63,410 nt of DNA, from assembly GCA_046049345.1 (NCBI GenBank), contig JBJORQ010000003.1, positions 1 through 63,410 on the forward strand. The letters run 5' to 3'. Origin of the DNA: Pseudomonadota bacterium (GTDB taxonomy: Bacteria; Pseudomonadota; Gammaproteobacteria; Burkholderiales; Gallionellaceae). Each line of letters begins with the position of its first letter. Position 1 is the stretch's first letter. The position numbers and the translations under genes are program-made. The notes under the pieces are model-generated. The model was not told the DNA's origin and ran no database searches. It saw nothing but the letters and a program-made list of their open reading frames with translations. This document shows, piece after piece, positions 32,176 through 41,876 of this stretch.

Positions 32176-33246
32176 ATGGCTAAAATTTCCCTCACCAGCA
32201 GTCGTGCGCGCTTACGCTTATGGCTATGTTTCGGCTATGTGCTGTTGATTAGTTACGCCAGTTTGTCGCCGTTTACAGGCTGGCGCGACGCGGCATTTAG
32301 CTTCAGCGACGTGCTACAACAACCGCTATTACAAACCTATACTGCCTTCGATGCACTGCTCAATATCATTTCTTATATCCCGCTAGGTCTGTTGCTGGGC
32401 TTGACTTTGCGGGCGCGACTGGGTGCGCTGGCGAGCTTGCTAGTAGCGTGTTTTTTAGGGCTGGCACTGTCCGCCAGCATGGAATTTTTGCAGATGTATT
32501 TGCCCAGTCGCACCAGTTCAAATTTAGATCTACTCACCAACGTGAGCGGCACATTGTTAGGCGCGTTGTTGGCACTCGGCTTCATCCGCTCGACACGCGT
32601 GTACGACGCACTGACGCACTGGCGCGACGCAACTTTTCGGCATGGCACAGCGATGGACTTTGGCTTAGCGTTGCTCGTCTTATGGATGTTTGGGCAATGC
32701 AATCCGAGCTTGCCGATGCTAGGCAATGTGTTTATCAGTGCACTCGAACATCAACCCTTTGCCGCGATGAAAGCGAGCCCGTTTGATGTTTGGGAAAGCC
32801 TCGCCGTGTTACTCAATTTATTGATGTTAGGCGGGCTGTTATTGACGCTGTTGCGCAAAAAAAATCAGGTCATTCAACTTTTATTAGCGGTGCTTGCCTG
32901 TGTGGCCTTGCTGAAATTTATCACCGCTGCGGTGTTGCTCAAATCATCCGCGATGTTGCTATGGGTCAACAGCGAAGCCATGCTAGGCATACTGTTGGGC
33001 AGTGTGCTGCTGTTCGCGATGCGCGCCCTCGCCTTAATGCAATTGCTGCGTGTCGCGAGCATCGTCAGCCTCGCTTACCTGCTGGTCGCACACGGCATTT
33101 TAGATAGCGGCACACCCGCCGCCGCGATGTCAATTTATCACTGGCACTACGGTCATCTGCTCAACTACAACGGCCTCGCACAAACCATTACGCTGGTTTT
33201 TCCTCTGTTGTTATTGCTACATTTATGGCGCGTACGCCGTCCCTAA
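32176..33246 (+). CDS. VanZ-family integral membrane protein
   Basis: YASLSPF, DALLNIISYIPLG, SMEFLQMYLPSRTSSNLDLLTN; many TM helices. Confidence 0.8.
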   Translation: MAKISLTSSRARLRLWLCFGYVLLISYASLSPFTGWRDAAFSFSDVLQQPLLQTYTAFDALLNIISYIPLGLLLGLTLRARLGALASLLVACFLGLALSASMEFLQMYLPSRTSSNLDLLTNVSGTLLGALLALGFIRSTRVYDALTHWRDATFRHGTAMDFGLALLVLWMFGQCNPSLPMLGNVFISALEHQPFAAMKASPFDVWESLAVLLNLLMLGGLLLTLLRKKNQVIQLLLAVLACVALLKFITAAVLLKSSAMLLWVNSEAMLGILLGSVLLFAMRALALMQLLRVASIVSLAYLLVAHGILDSGTPAAAMSIYHWHYGHLLNYNGLAQTITLVFPLLLLLHLWRVRRP

Positions 33247-33272
33247 TTTTTCATTCACACCCGAAAGTTGCC

Positions 33273-33584
33273 ATGAGCCATTTTGATAAACACGTTTTTT
33301 TCTGCACCAACCAGCGCGCCAATAGTGATGGCTGTTGCAATAATTTTGGCGCGCAAAAGCTGCGCGATTACGTTAAAGACAAAGTTAAACAGCTAGGCAT
33401 TTCCAACGCCGAAAATCGCATTCGCATCAATTCGGCGGGCTGCTTAGATCGCTGCGATGAAGGTCCTGTGTTGGTGATTTATCCCGAAGGCACTTGGTAC
33501 ACTTTTATTGATGAAAGCGATTTGGACGAAATTATTAGCGAGCATTTGCAACACGGTCGCATCGTCGCGAGGCTAGCAATCTAA
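33273..33584 (+). CDS. Thioredoxin-like [2Fe-2S] ferredoxin
   Basis: HVFFCTNQR...CC...SAGCLDRCDEGPVLVIYPEGTWY. Confidence 0.9.
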   Translation: MSHFDKHVFFCTNQRANSDGCCNNFGAQKLRDYVKDKVKQLGISNAENRIRINSAGCLDRCDEGPVLVIYPEGTWYTFIDESDLDEIISEHLQHGRIVARLAI

Positions 33585-34192
33585 TGGCAAGCATCGAAAA
33601 AATTCACTTCGCCGGCGCGGTGGGAAATCTGGAAGGCGTGCTGCATTTGCCAGATGAAAAGCCTGTCGCGCTGGTGTTAATCGCGCATCCGCTGCCGACC
33701 ATGGGCGGCACCATGGAGCACAAAATCGTCACCACTTTGGCGCGCGGCTTTGTCGAATTAGGCTACGCCGCGTTGCGCTTTAATTTTCGCGGCGTGGGCG
33801 ACAGTGCAGGAGAGTACGACGAAGGTAATGGTGAAACCCATGACGCGATTGCCGCAGCTGAATTTTTGCGCGCGCGTTATCCCGATTTAGATTTGCTGTG
33901 CGCGGGATTTTCTTTCGGCGGCTATGTACAAGCGCGCGCCGCAGCGGTGATACAGCCCACCCGCCTCGTGTTAATCGCCCCAGCGGTGAGCCGTTTTGCC
34001 ATGCCCGATGTAGCGGAAAACACTTTAGTGATACACGGCGACGAAGATGAAGTGGTGGCATTTAGCGCAGCGTTGGCATGGGCAAAACCGCAACAGCTAC
34101 CCATCCTCGTATTGCCCGGCGCAGGACATTTTTTTCACGGCCGCATGGTACAACTCAAACAACTGGTCATGCAGCAAGTGCGCTGCGGTTAA
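33584..34192 (+). CDS. Alpha/beta hydrolase
   Basis: AHPLPTMGGTM, FNFRGVG, GFSFG nucleophile, HGDEDEVV, GHFFHG. Confidence 0.88.
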   Translation: MASIEKIHFAGAVGNLEGVLHLPDEKPVALVLIAHPLPTMGGTMEHKIVTTLARGFVELGYAALRFNFRGVGDSAGEYDEGNGETHDAIAAAEFLRARYPDLDLLCAGFSFGGYVQARAAAVIQPTRLVLIAPAVSRFAMPDVAENTLVIHGDEDEVVAFSAALAWAKPQQLPILVLPGAGHFFHGRMVQLKQLVMQQVRCG

Positions 34193-34238
34193 GCCAGCTT
34201 GCTGGTAGAAAGTTTCTGGGAGCGCGATTGCAACGCCC

Positions 34239-34278
34239 AAAAAAATCCCCGCAGCCGAATCGTTGCGGGGGATTTTTT
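34239..34278. terminator. Bidirectional intrinsic terminator
   Basis: AAAAAAATCCCCGCA...TGCGGGGGATTTTTT between convergent genes. Confidence 0.8.
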
Positions 34279-34291
34279 ATGTTGCGTAAGG

Positions 34292-34822
34292 TTACGGTTT
34301 AACAGCGGGGCTGTGCATGTCGCTGTGACTTTTCATCTGATGATGTGCTTCTTTAGGCATATCTTCATCACAATGATCTTTCATTTCGGCACGCATTTTG
34401 GCGCGTTCTTCAGCGGGCATTTTCTCCCAACTCTCGTGCATCATTTTGCGACGTTCGGCACGTTGTTCTGGGGTCAGGCTGTCCCATTCTTTACGCATTT
34501 CGGCATGGCGTTTTTCACGTTCTTCAGGCGACATTTTTTTCATTTCTGCCCGCATTTCTTCGTGCAGCGCACGGCGTTGTTCAGGTGACATTTTTTCCAT
34601 CATGTCGTGCATTTCTTTATGTCGCGCGGCACGCTGTTCGGGTGTTAGGCTTTGCATTTCTTTATGCATCGCTTCACGTTCAACGGCGCGCTGCTCTGGG
34701 GTCATACTTTGCATTTTTTGCATCCGTTCCTGCATCGTTGGAGGAACATCAGCCGCCAGTGCATTCACGCTAAAAACGGCGAAGAGTCCCGCTGCCATCA
34801 AGGTTTTCAATAGTTTATTCAT
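34292..34822 (-). CDS. Periplasmic Met/His-rich helical repeat protein (Spy/CpxP-like LTPEQR repeats)
   Basis: Signal peptide then six 19-aa units beginning M/L-T/S-PEQR. Confidence 0.8.
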   Translation of the reverse strand: MNKLLKTLMAAGLFAVFSVNALAADVPPTMQERMQKMQSMTPEQRAVEREAMHKEMQSLTPEQRAARHKEMHDMMEKMSPEQRRALHEEMRAEMKKMSPEEREKRHAEMRKEWDSLTPEQRAERRKMMHESWEKMPAEERAKMRAEMKDHCDEDMPKEAHHQMKSHSDMHSPAVKP

Positions 34823-34969
34823 GTTGATTCTCCTAAAGTCTCACCGCCCAAATTGGGACGTGCGGCATGATAAAACTTAATCGCAAATTGAGTGTTGCAG
34901 CACTGCGTTAAATTGTAACAAGTTGTTGCTAAACAGAAAATTTTACCTAGTTAGCACTATCATGCCGCC

Positions 34970-35692
34970 ATGAAAAATCAACCTCGCATTCTCATCATTG
35001 ACGACGACGCGCGCTTACGCGAATTATTGTTGCGCTATCTGGGTGCGCAAAATTTTAAGGTGCACGCGGTCGCGGATGGGCAGGCGATGAACCAAGCATT
35101 GCGCTTAAATCACTATCATTTATTGGTGCTGGATTTGATGTTGCCTGATGAGGATGGGCTGGCGATTTTGCGGCGTTTGCGCGGACAGGGTGAGAACGTA
35201 GCAGTGATTTTGCTCACCGCTAAAGGTGATGAAATCGACCGCATCATTGGTTTAGAAATGGGTGCGGATGATTATTTATGTAAGCCGTTTAACCCGCGCG
35301 AATTGGTGGCGCGCATCCATGCGGTGTTGCGTCGTAAGGGCGCGCAGCCTGTGGGCGCACCCGACAGCAGCCAGAGCTGCGCACGTTTTGGTGATTGCCA
35401 ACTTAATTTCGCCACGCGTGAATTCACCAAAGCGGGCGTGCCGCAGCTGTTAACCACCGCCGAATTCGGCTTACTCAAAGCCTTAGTCACGCATCCGCGC
35501 CTACCGTTATCCCGCGACAAATTGATGGAGCTGGCGCGTGGGCGCGACCACGCACCTTTCGATCGCGCCATCGACGTACAAATATCGCGCTTGCGTAAAT
35601 TAGTCGAAGTGAATGCTGCGCAGCCGCGTTTTATTCAAACCGTGTGGGGGCATGGTTATGTGTTCGTCCCCGATGCGGCGAGTGCGCCATGA
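34970..35692 (+). CDS. OmpR-family response regulator
   Basis: IIDDD, LDLMLP, GADDYLCKPF, winged helix DRAIDVQISRLRK, TVWGHGY. Confidence 0.92.
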   Translation: MKNQPRILIIDDDARLRELLLRYLGAQNFKVHAVADGQAMNQALRLNHYHLLVLDLMLPDEDGLAILRRLRGQGENVAVILLTAKGDEIDRIIGLEMGADDYLCKPFNPRELVARIHAVLRRKGAQPVGAPDSSQSCARFGDCQLNFATREFTKAGVPQLLTTAEFGLLKALVTHPRLPLSRDKLMELARGRDHAPFDRAIDVQISRLRKLVEVNAAQPRFIQTVWGHGYVFVPDAASAP

Positions 35693-36993
35693 GCTTTGCC
35701 CGCCTGGTGCCGCGCACTTTATTGAGCCGCTCCTTCTTGCTCATCGTCGTGTTGCTGCTACTGTCCTTGTCGTCCGCCTTAGCGATTTTTCATCACTTAC
35801 AACAAGAGCCGCGCGCACGCCAAATGGCGCAATTGGTGGTGACGATGGTGAATCTCACGCGTGCGGCGATGTTGTCTGCCGCGCCCGAATGGCGCATCGC
35901 CTTGCTGACTGAGTTAAGCGATATCGAAGGCTTAGGCGTAAGTCTTGCCGAGTCTAGCGACCGTCTCACGCCCGTGCCCGAGCACTCACCCGAACTGCTT
36001 TTAATGATGCAAAAAGTACGCGCCAACTTAGGTGAGGGCACGCGCTTTGCCAGTCAGCGCAACGGCGTGCGCGCCTTGTGGGTGAGCTTTTTTATCGCTC
36101 ACGAAGAGTTTTGGATGGAGATACCGAGCGAGCGTATCGAGCGCAGCTTTTCGCAACTGTTATTGATTTGGACTGGCGTGGTGTTGCTGTTGGCGCTGTG
36201 TGGCGCATATCTCATCGCACGCCAAGTTAGCTTGCCGCTCAAGCAATTAGCGCGCGCCACACAACAGCTAGGGCTAGGTATTGCGCAGCACGCTTTAACC
36301 GTACAAGGCGCGCAAGAAATCCGCATCGTGACGCACGCCTTCAATCAAATGTCGGCGGATTTAGCCGCGCATGAACGCGAGCGCGCTTTAGTGTTGGCGG
36401 GGGTTTCGCATGATTTGCGCACCCCTTTAACGCGCATCCGCTTGGCGGCGGAGCTGAGTCAGGACGAGGCGTTACGCGCGGGATTGAGTGATGACGTGGC
36501 GCAAATGGATGAGGTGATACAGCAGTTTTTGGACTACGCAAAATTGGATGAAGCGGAAGCTCTGACGCAGCTAGATTTGAGTGAATTGGTGTCGAGTATC
36601 GCGCTGCGTTATCCGTCCGCCGCGCACTCGTTGAGCTTAGTCATCAGCCCGAAAATTTATGCGGATGTGCGTCCACAACTACTCAAACGTGCGCTACGCA
36701 ATCTGCTCGATAACGCGGTGAAATATGGCGGTGAAGAGATACAGATTCGTCTCACGCAAAGCACTCAGCACATCATCTTGAGTGTGTGCGACAACGGGGT
36801 GGGCATCGCGCCAGCCGAACGTGAACTAGCTTGCCGTCCCTTCGTCCGTTTGCAAACCGCGCGTAGCAATGTGGGTGGCGCGGGACTGGGGCTAGCGATT
36901 GTCGAACGCGCCGCACGCTTGCATCACGGCAGCTTGCAGCTCAGCGAAAACACGCCACACGGTTTATGCGCGCGCATTGTTTTGCCTAGCTAA
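35689..36993 (+). CDS. EnvZ/RisS-like sensor histidine kinase
   Basis: Two TM helices, HAMP, SHDLRTPL H-box, NLLDNAVKY, DNGVG, GLGLAIV; 4-bp overlap with the regulator. Confidence 0.9.
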   Translation: MSFARLVPRTLLSRSFLLIVVLLLLSLSSALAIFHHLQQEPRARQMAQLVVTMVNLTRAAMLSAAPEWRIALLTELSDIEGLGVSLAESSDRLTPVPEHSPELLLMMQKVRANLGEGTRFASQRNGVRALWVSFFIAHEEFWMEIPSERIERSFSQLLLIWTGVVLLLALCGAYLIARQVSLPLKQLARATQQLGLGIAQHALTVQGAQEIRIVTHAFNQMSADLAAHERERALVLAGVSHDLRTPLTRIRLAAELSQDEALRAGLSDDVAQMDEVIQQFLDYAKLDEAEALTQLDLSELVSSIALRYPSAAHSLSLVISPKIYADVRPQLLKRALRNLLDNAVKYGGEEIQIRLTQSTQHIILSVCDNGVGIAPAERELACRPFVRLQTARSNVGGAGLGLAIVERAARLHHGSLQLSENTPHGLCARIVLPS

Positions 36994-37010
36994 GTAGCGA
37001 TGTTTGAACG

Positions 37011-38288
37011 TTACTCCGCTTGGTAAACGACTTCGCCCGCTAACAGTGTGTAACGCACTTGACCTTGCATTTCGTAGCCGTTGAATGGAGTGTTTTTGCC
37101 TTGGCTTTTCAGTGCGCTAGGCTGAACTAGCCAACTCGCCTCCGCATCAAAAATACACACGTCAGCATGTGCACCAATAGATAGATGCCCCATCGCTATT
37201 CCTAATAGCTGCGCGGGTTGCAGGGTGACGCGTGCTAGCGCATCTAACAACGGCATGTCTGCTTGCGCCGCCCATTTCAAGGTTAGCGGTAACAATAATT
37301 CCAAACCCGTCGCGCCCGCCTCTGCTTCTGCAAACGGTGACAATTTTGCGTCTTCATCGACGGGCGTGTGGTCGGAACAAATCGCGTCTATCGTGCCATC
37401 GCGCAAAGCGGCGCGCAGTGCATCGCGGTCGCGCAAGCTGCGCAGCGGTGGGACTAAATGACAGTTCGCATCAAAAAAGCCGATGTCCATTTCAGATAAA
37501 TGCAGATGATTCATCGCCACGTCGCAGCTCACTTTAATACATTGAGATTTCGCCGCGCGTATCAGTTCCACGCCCGCCGCACTAGAAATTCGGCAAATGT
37601 GTAGGGCTACGCCGGTGTCTTTTGCCAAGGTCAGCATGGTCGCCAGCGCGATGGTTTCAGCACTGACGGGAATGCCTGCCAAGCCGCAACGCGTCGCGAC
37701 GATACCGTCATGTGCCACACCATTTTTCGCCAGAAAACTGTCTTGCGGACGCAGCCAAACCGAATAACCCATGGTCGCTGCGTACTGCATGGCACGCAGC
37801 AGCACGCGCGTGTCAGTGAGCGGCGCATCGGCTTGGCTAAAGGCTTTGCAACCCGCCTCGCTCAGCTCAATCATTTCGGTCAGTTCCGCACCTTTTAAGC
37901 CGTAAGTCAGTGCGCCGATGGGAAACACCCGCGCCAAATTGAGATTACGCGCGCGATGCTTAAGCATCTCGACTAAGCCGGGTTCGTCCAAGGCGGGGTC
38001 AGTGTCGGGCGGACACGCGAGGCTGGTCACGCCGCCCGCCGCCGCTGCGTTCATTTCTGATTCCAACGTGGCTTTGTATTCAAAGCCTGGCTCACGTAGC
38101 CGCGCCGCGATGTCGATGAGGCCGGGCATCACGCATAAGCCTGTCGCATCTATCACTTGATCGGCGACAAAGCCTTGCGGAGCTTGCCCTACAGCGGCGA
38201 TGCGGCGATTAACAATGTACACATCGCGTTGCGCATCAAGCTGATTTTTAGGGTCGATGACGCGACCGTTTTTGATATGAATGTTCAT
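37011..38288 (-). CDS. pyrC: Dihydroorotase-like protein, probably the inactive PyrC' partner of ATCase
   Basis: Amidohydrolase fold (REPG, SDHTP, KNTPF) but the metal-binding HxH is replaced in [11 protein letters not shown]; coupled to pyrB. Confidence 0.85.
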   Translation of the reverse strand: MNIHIKNGRVIDPKNQLDAQRDVYIVNRRIAAVGQAPQGFVADQVIDATGLCVMPGLIDIAARLREPGFEYKATLESEMNAAAAGGVTSLACPPDTDPALDEPGLVEMLKHRARNLNLARVFPIGALTYGLKGAELTEMIELSEAGCKAFSQADAPLTDTRVLLRAMQYAATMGYSVWLRPQDSFLAKNGVAHDGIVATRCGLAGIPVSAETIALATMLTLAKDTGVALHICRISSAAGVELIRAAKSQCIKVSCDVAMNHLHLSEMDIGFFDANCHLVPPLRSLRDRDALRAALRDGTIDAICSDHTPVDEDAKLSPFAEAEAGATGLELLLPLTLKWAAQADMPLLDALARVTLQPAQLLGIAMGHLSIGAHADVCIFDAEASWLVQPSALKSQGKNTPFNGYEMQGQVRYTLLAGEVVYQAE

Positions 38289-39244
38289 CGTTTACTCCCG
38301 CCTACCAAGGTTGCCATCACCGCCATGCGCACCGCGATGCCGAACGTGACTTGCGCCAAAATCACCGATTGCGCGCCGTCGGCGACGCGCGAGTCGATTT
38401 CCACGCCGCGATTCATTGGCCCTGGGTGCATCACAATCGCATCCGCTTTGGCATATGCCAGCTTCTCTTCGGTCAATCCGTAATTCTTAAAATACTCTTG
38501 CGCGGAAGGCAATGCCGCGCCTTGCATACGCTCGTTTTGCAAGCGCAACATCAAAATCACATCGACATCTTTCAGACCTTCCGCCATGTCATGAAACACG
38601 CGTACGCCTAAGTTTTCTACCATGGTTGGCAACAGCGTTTTCGGCGCAATCACGCGCACTTCCGGCACCCCTAAAGTGGTCAGCGCGTGGATCTGCGAAC
38701 GTGCCACACGCGAATGCAAAATGTCGCCGACAATCGCCACGCGCAGATTGTGAAAATCTTTTTTGTAATGGCGGATGGTGTACATATCCAGCAGTGCTTG
38801 CGTGGGGTGCGCATGGCGACCATCGCCGGCATTGATGACGTGAATTTCGGGCGCGACATGCTGCGCGATAAAGTGCGCCGCGCCGCTGGAAGCATGGCGC
38901 ACCACGAACATATCGGCGTGCATCGCGCACAGGTTATCCACTGTATCGAGCAACGTTTCGCCCTTGCTGGTGCTGGACGAACCGATATTGAGATTGACCA
39001 CGTCAGCGGACAGTTTTTTCGCGGCGATTTCAAACGTGGTGCGGGTGCGCGTGCTGTTTTCAAAGAACACGTTGAACACCGATTTACCTTGCAGCAACGG
39101 CACTTTTTTGATGTCTTTGCTGGAATTTTCGTCGAGAAAAGTCGCGGCGGTATCGAGAATTTCGCGCACGATGCGCGCGGGCAGTCCTTCAGTAGTGAGC
39201 AAATGTTGCAGCCCGCCGTCACGATTTAATTGTGGATTATTCAT
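38285..39244 (-). CDS. pyrB: Aspartate carbamoyltransferase catalytic subunit
   Basis: [36 protein letters not shown]. Confidence 0.97.
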   Translation of the reverse strand: MNNPQLNRDGGLQHLLTTEGLPARIVREILDTAATFLDENSSKDIKKVPLLQGKSVFNVFFENSTRTRTTFEIAAKKLSADVVNLNIGSSSTSKGETLLDTVDNLCAMHADMFVVRHASSGAAHFIAQHVAPEIHVINAGDGRHAHPTQALLDMYTIRHYKKDFHNLRVAIVGDILHSRVARSQIHALTTLGVPEVRVIAPKTLLPTMVENLGVRVFHDMAEGLKDVDVILMLRLQNERMQGAALPSAQEYFKNYGLTEEKLAYAKADAIVMHPGPMNRGVEIDSRVADGAQSVILAQVTFGIAVRMAVMATLVGGSKR

Positions 39245-39723
39245 ACTGATATTCCCGCTGTAGGTTCATCAAAATAGGCTTGCAAAATCTGTTGCGCAGC
39301 ATATTGGTCGAGCACCGCTTTTTGTTTGCGACCGCGTATGCCGAGTTCGTTTAACGCGCTGCTTGCCGCTGCCGAGGTATAGCGTTCATCGACCAAAATT
39401 ACGGGCAAATTAAACCGCCCTTTCAGGCGGTTAGCGAAGCGGCGCGACAACGCGGTCAACTCATGCGGCGTGCCATCTTCATTACACGGCAGCCCGACAA
39501 TCAAGCCACTCGGCTGCCAATTTTTAATCAACTCGGCAATGTGCGCGAAGCGTGTGTCAGTTTTTTCTGCATCAATCGTAGCGAGTGGCTCGGCGTTGCT
39601 CAATAAAGTATTACCTTTTGCGATGCCGATGCGGCGCGTGCCAAAATCAAAAGCCAGCAGCGTGCCGTGTAATTCAGGATTGAGGATTTTGGATTGAGGA
39701 TTGCCGAGCGTAACGTCAGGCAT
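39241..39723 (-). CDS. ruvX: Pre-16S rRNA nuclease / Holliday junction resolvase-like protein (YqgF)
   Basis: [32 protein letters not shown]. Confidence 0.92.
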   Translation of the reverse strand: MPDVTLGNPQSKILNPELHGTLLAFDFGTRRIGIAKGNTLLSNAEPLATIDAEKTDTRFAHIAELIKNWQPSGLIVGLPCNEDGTPHELTALSRRFANRLKGRFNLPVILVDERYTSAAASSALNELGIRGRKQKAVLDQYAAQQILQAYFDEPTAGISV

Positions 39724-40276
39724 GTCCGGCTTCTTCCACCAAAGAGGCGTAATCAATGCCCAACAACGCCATCGCTGCGGCTAAGCGCTCTTCTGGCGGC
39801 AGCTCAAACAAAATGTGTTCGCTGGCGGGTACGGTCAACCAAGTATTTTCCGCGATTTCGTGCTCCAACTGACCTGGCTCCCAACCCGCGTAGCCCAAGC
39901 TAATCAAGACATTGCGCGGGCCAGTGCCTGCACCAATCGCTTCTAAAATATCTTTAGACGTGGTGAGTGCCATGCTGCTGCCGATACGCAACGTCGATTG
40001 CCATTGTTGCTGCGTGTCGTGCAACACAAAGCCGCGCTCGGTTTGCACTGGGCCACCAAAATGCACGGGTAGTTTTTCGATTTCGGGTTGATGCAAAGGA
40101 ATGCTGATTTGCTCGAACATGTCCGCATAAGTAATGCTGGTGGGTCGATTGACCACGATGCCGAGTGCGCCGTTTTCGTTGTGCTCGCACACAAAAGTCA
40201 ATGTGCCTGCAAAAATGCCTTCCTGCATAGCAGGCATGGCAATTAAAAAGTGATTGGTGAGATTAAGTTCATTCAT
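39716..40276 (-). CDS. yqgE: YqgE/AlgH family protein
   Basis: FLIAMP, GALGIVVNRP, GGPVQ..RGFVLH, GYAGW..GQLE.E, C-terminal AGHA. Confidence 0.93.
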   Translation of the reverse strand: MNELNLTNHFLIAMPAMQEGIFAGTLTFVCEHNENGALGIVVNRPTSITYADMFEQISIPLHQPEIEKLPVHFGGPVQTERGFVLHDTQQQWQSTLRIGSSMALTTSKDILEAIGAGTGPRNVLISLGYAGWEPGQLEHEIAENTWLTVPASEHILFELPPEERLAAAMALLGIDYASLVEEAGHA

Positions 40277-40328
40277 CTGCGCATTGTAGCTTTAGCCGCT
40301 AAGCGGCACAATTACGGATTTTGAAAAG

Positions 40329-40400
40329 TAGTTCTTAGTAGCGAGTCGTTAGCTGTTAATTGAACAGCGCGCGCCCCAACTAACCACCACCTACTAACGC
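40329..40400. repeat. Degenerate inverted 7-bp-period TAG/CTA arrays
   Basis: TAGTTCT TAGTAGC GAGTCGT TAGCTGT ... CTAACCA CCACCTA CTAACGC. Confidence 0.45.
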
Positions 40401-40406
40401 CCCCCT

Positions 40407-41825
40407 ATGACCTCTCTTTGTTGGCTACGCCGTGATTTACGTTTATTTGACCATGCCGCTTTGTATCACGCGCTGAAAAATTCGCGCGCGGTGCAATGCG
40501 TGTTTGTGTTCGACACCAACATCTTGCAAGCCTTGCCGAATCAGGCGGATAGGCGGGTGGAATTTATTTGGCATAGCCTCGCGGAACTCAAATCTGAACT
40601 ACAAAAATTAGGCAGCGACTTGCATGTGTTACACGGCAGCGCGACGGTTTTGATTCCGCAACTTGCCGCCCAAATCGGCGCGGAGGCGGTGTTTTGCAAT
40701 CACGATTACGAGCCGTCAGCCATCACGCGCGACGCACACGTTGCCGAAAAGTTAGCCGCACAAAATTGCGTTTTGCACAGCTACAAAGACCAAGTGATTT
40801 TTGAGCGTGATGAAATTTTGACGGGCAGCGGCACGCCGTATCACGTCTTTACGCCGTACAAAAATGCTTGGCTAAAAAAAGTGAATGCGTTTTATTTGCG
40901 CGCTTATCCGACTGAAAAATACTTTACCGCTTTAGCAAAATTTAGCGCGCCCGCTTTGCCTAGTTTGGCGCAACTAGGCTTTACTAAAACCAATCTCACC
41001 GAGCTCAAAATTCCGTGCGGTATGTCGGGTGCGGAAACGCTGCTGGCGGACTTTAGTGAGCGCATCACTCACTACGACGAGGCGCGTAATTTTCCTGCGG
41101 TGAAGGGCGTGTCATATCTATCCACGCACTTACGTTTTGGCACAATTTCCATCCGCGCCCTCGCGCGCTACGCCATGCACGCCAAGGGTTCTGGCGCAGC
41201 GGTGTGGTTGTCCGAATTAGTCTGGCGCGACTTTTATCAGATGTTGTTACAACACCATCCTGACGTTATCGGTCACGCCTTTAAGCCGCAGTTTGAGCAC
41301 TTAAAGTTTAACCAAAATCGCGACTGGTTCGCGGCTTGGTGTAACGGTGCAACGGGCTATCCGCTGGTCGATGCGGGAATGCGCCAACTCAATCAAACCG
41401 GCTTTATGCACAATCGTTTACGCATGGTAGTCGCGTCGTTTTTGGTGAAAGATTTGCAGCTCGATTGGCGCTGGGGCGAAGCGTATTTCGCCGAACATTT
41501 GAATGATTTTGATTTGGCGGCGAACAACGGCGGCTGGCAGTGGGCGGCTTCGACAGGCTGCGATGCGCAACCGTGGTTTAGGATTTTTAATCCGATTACG
41601 CAATCAGAAAAGTTTGATGCCGCAGGTAAATTCATTCGTCGCTATGTGCCCGAACTCACCAATTGCCCTGACAAATATATTCACGCGCCCTGGACGTTGC
41701 CGCCCACAGAACAGCGCGCCCGCAATCTCCTCATCGGTACACACTATCCCGCCCCACTCGTCGATCACGCCGTCGCACGCGAAAAAACGCTAGCGATGTT
41801 TAAGGCTGTGACAAAGAGCGAATAA
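40407..41825 (+). CDS. phrB: Deoxyribodipyrimidine photolyase (class I CPD type)
   Basis: WLRRDLRLFDH, LSTHLRFG, TGYPLVDAGMRQL..TGFMHNRLRM, NNGGWQW, FRIFNP. Confidence 0.92.
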   Translation: MTSLCWLRRDLRLFDHAALYHALKNSRAVQCVFVFDTNILQALPNQADRRVEFIWHSLAELKSELQKLGSDLHVLHGSATVLIPQLAAQIGAEAVFCNHDYEPSAITRDAHVAEKLAAQNCVLHSYKDQVIFERDEILTGSGTPYHVFTPYKNAWLKKVNAFYLRAYPTEKYFTALAKFSAPALPSLAQLGFTKTNLTELKIPCGMSGAETLLADFSERITHYDEARNFPAVKGVSYLSTHLRFGTISIRALARYAMHAKGSGAAVWLSELVWRDFYQMLLQHHPDVIGHAFKPQFEHLKFNQNRDWFAAWCNGATGYPLVDAGMRQLNQTGFMHNRLRMVVASFLVKDLQLDWRWGEAYFAEHLNDFDLAANNGGWQWAASTGCDAQPWFRIFNPITQSEKFDAAGKFIRRYVPELTNCPDKYIHAPWTLPPTEQRARNLLIGTHYPAPLVDHAVAREKTLAMFKAVTKSE

Positions 41826-41855
41826 AAAATAGCCACGACAGGTCGTGGCTATTTT
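41826..41855. terminator. Bidirectional terminator between phrB and chpA
   Basis: AAAATAGCCACGAC-ag-GTCGTGGCTATTTT. Confidence 0.8.
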
Positions 41856-41876
41856 CTAATGACATTCGCGTTGCAA

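Noticed and set aside
32176-34192. VanZ-like gene as a glycopeptide-resistance locus
   Set aside because: No other van genes; VanZ, ferredoxin and hydrolase look like an ordinary conserved neighbourhood
34400-34720. 57-bp periodic DNA as a CRISPR-like array
   Set aside because: Periodicity is explained by the 19-aa protein repeat with synonymous divergence
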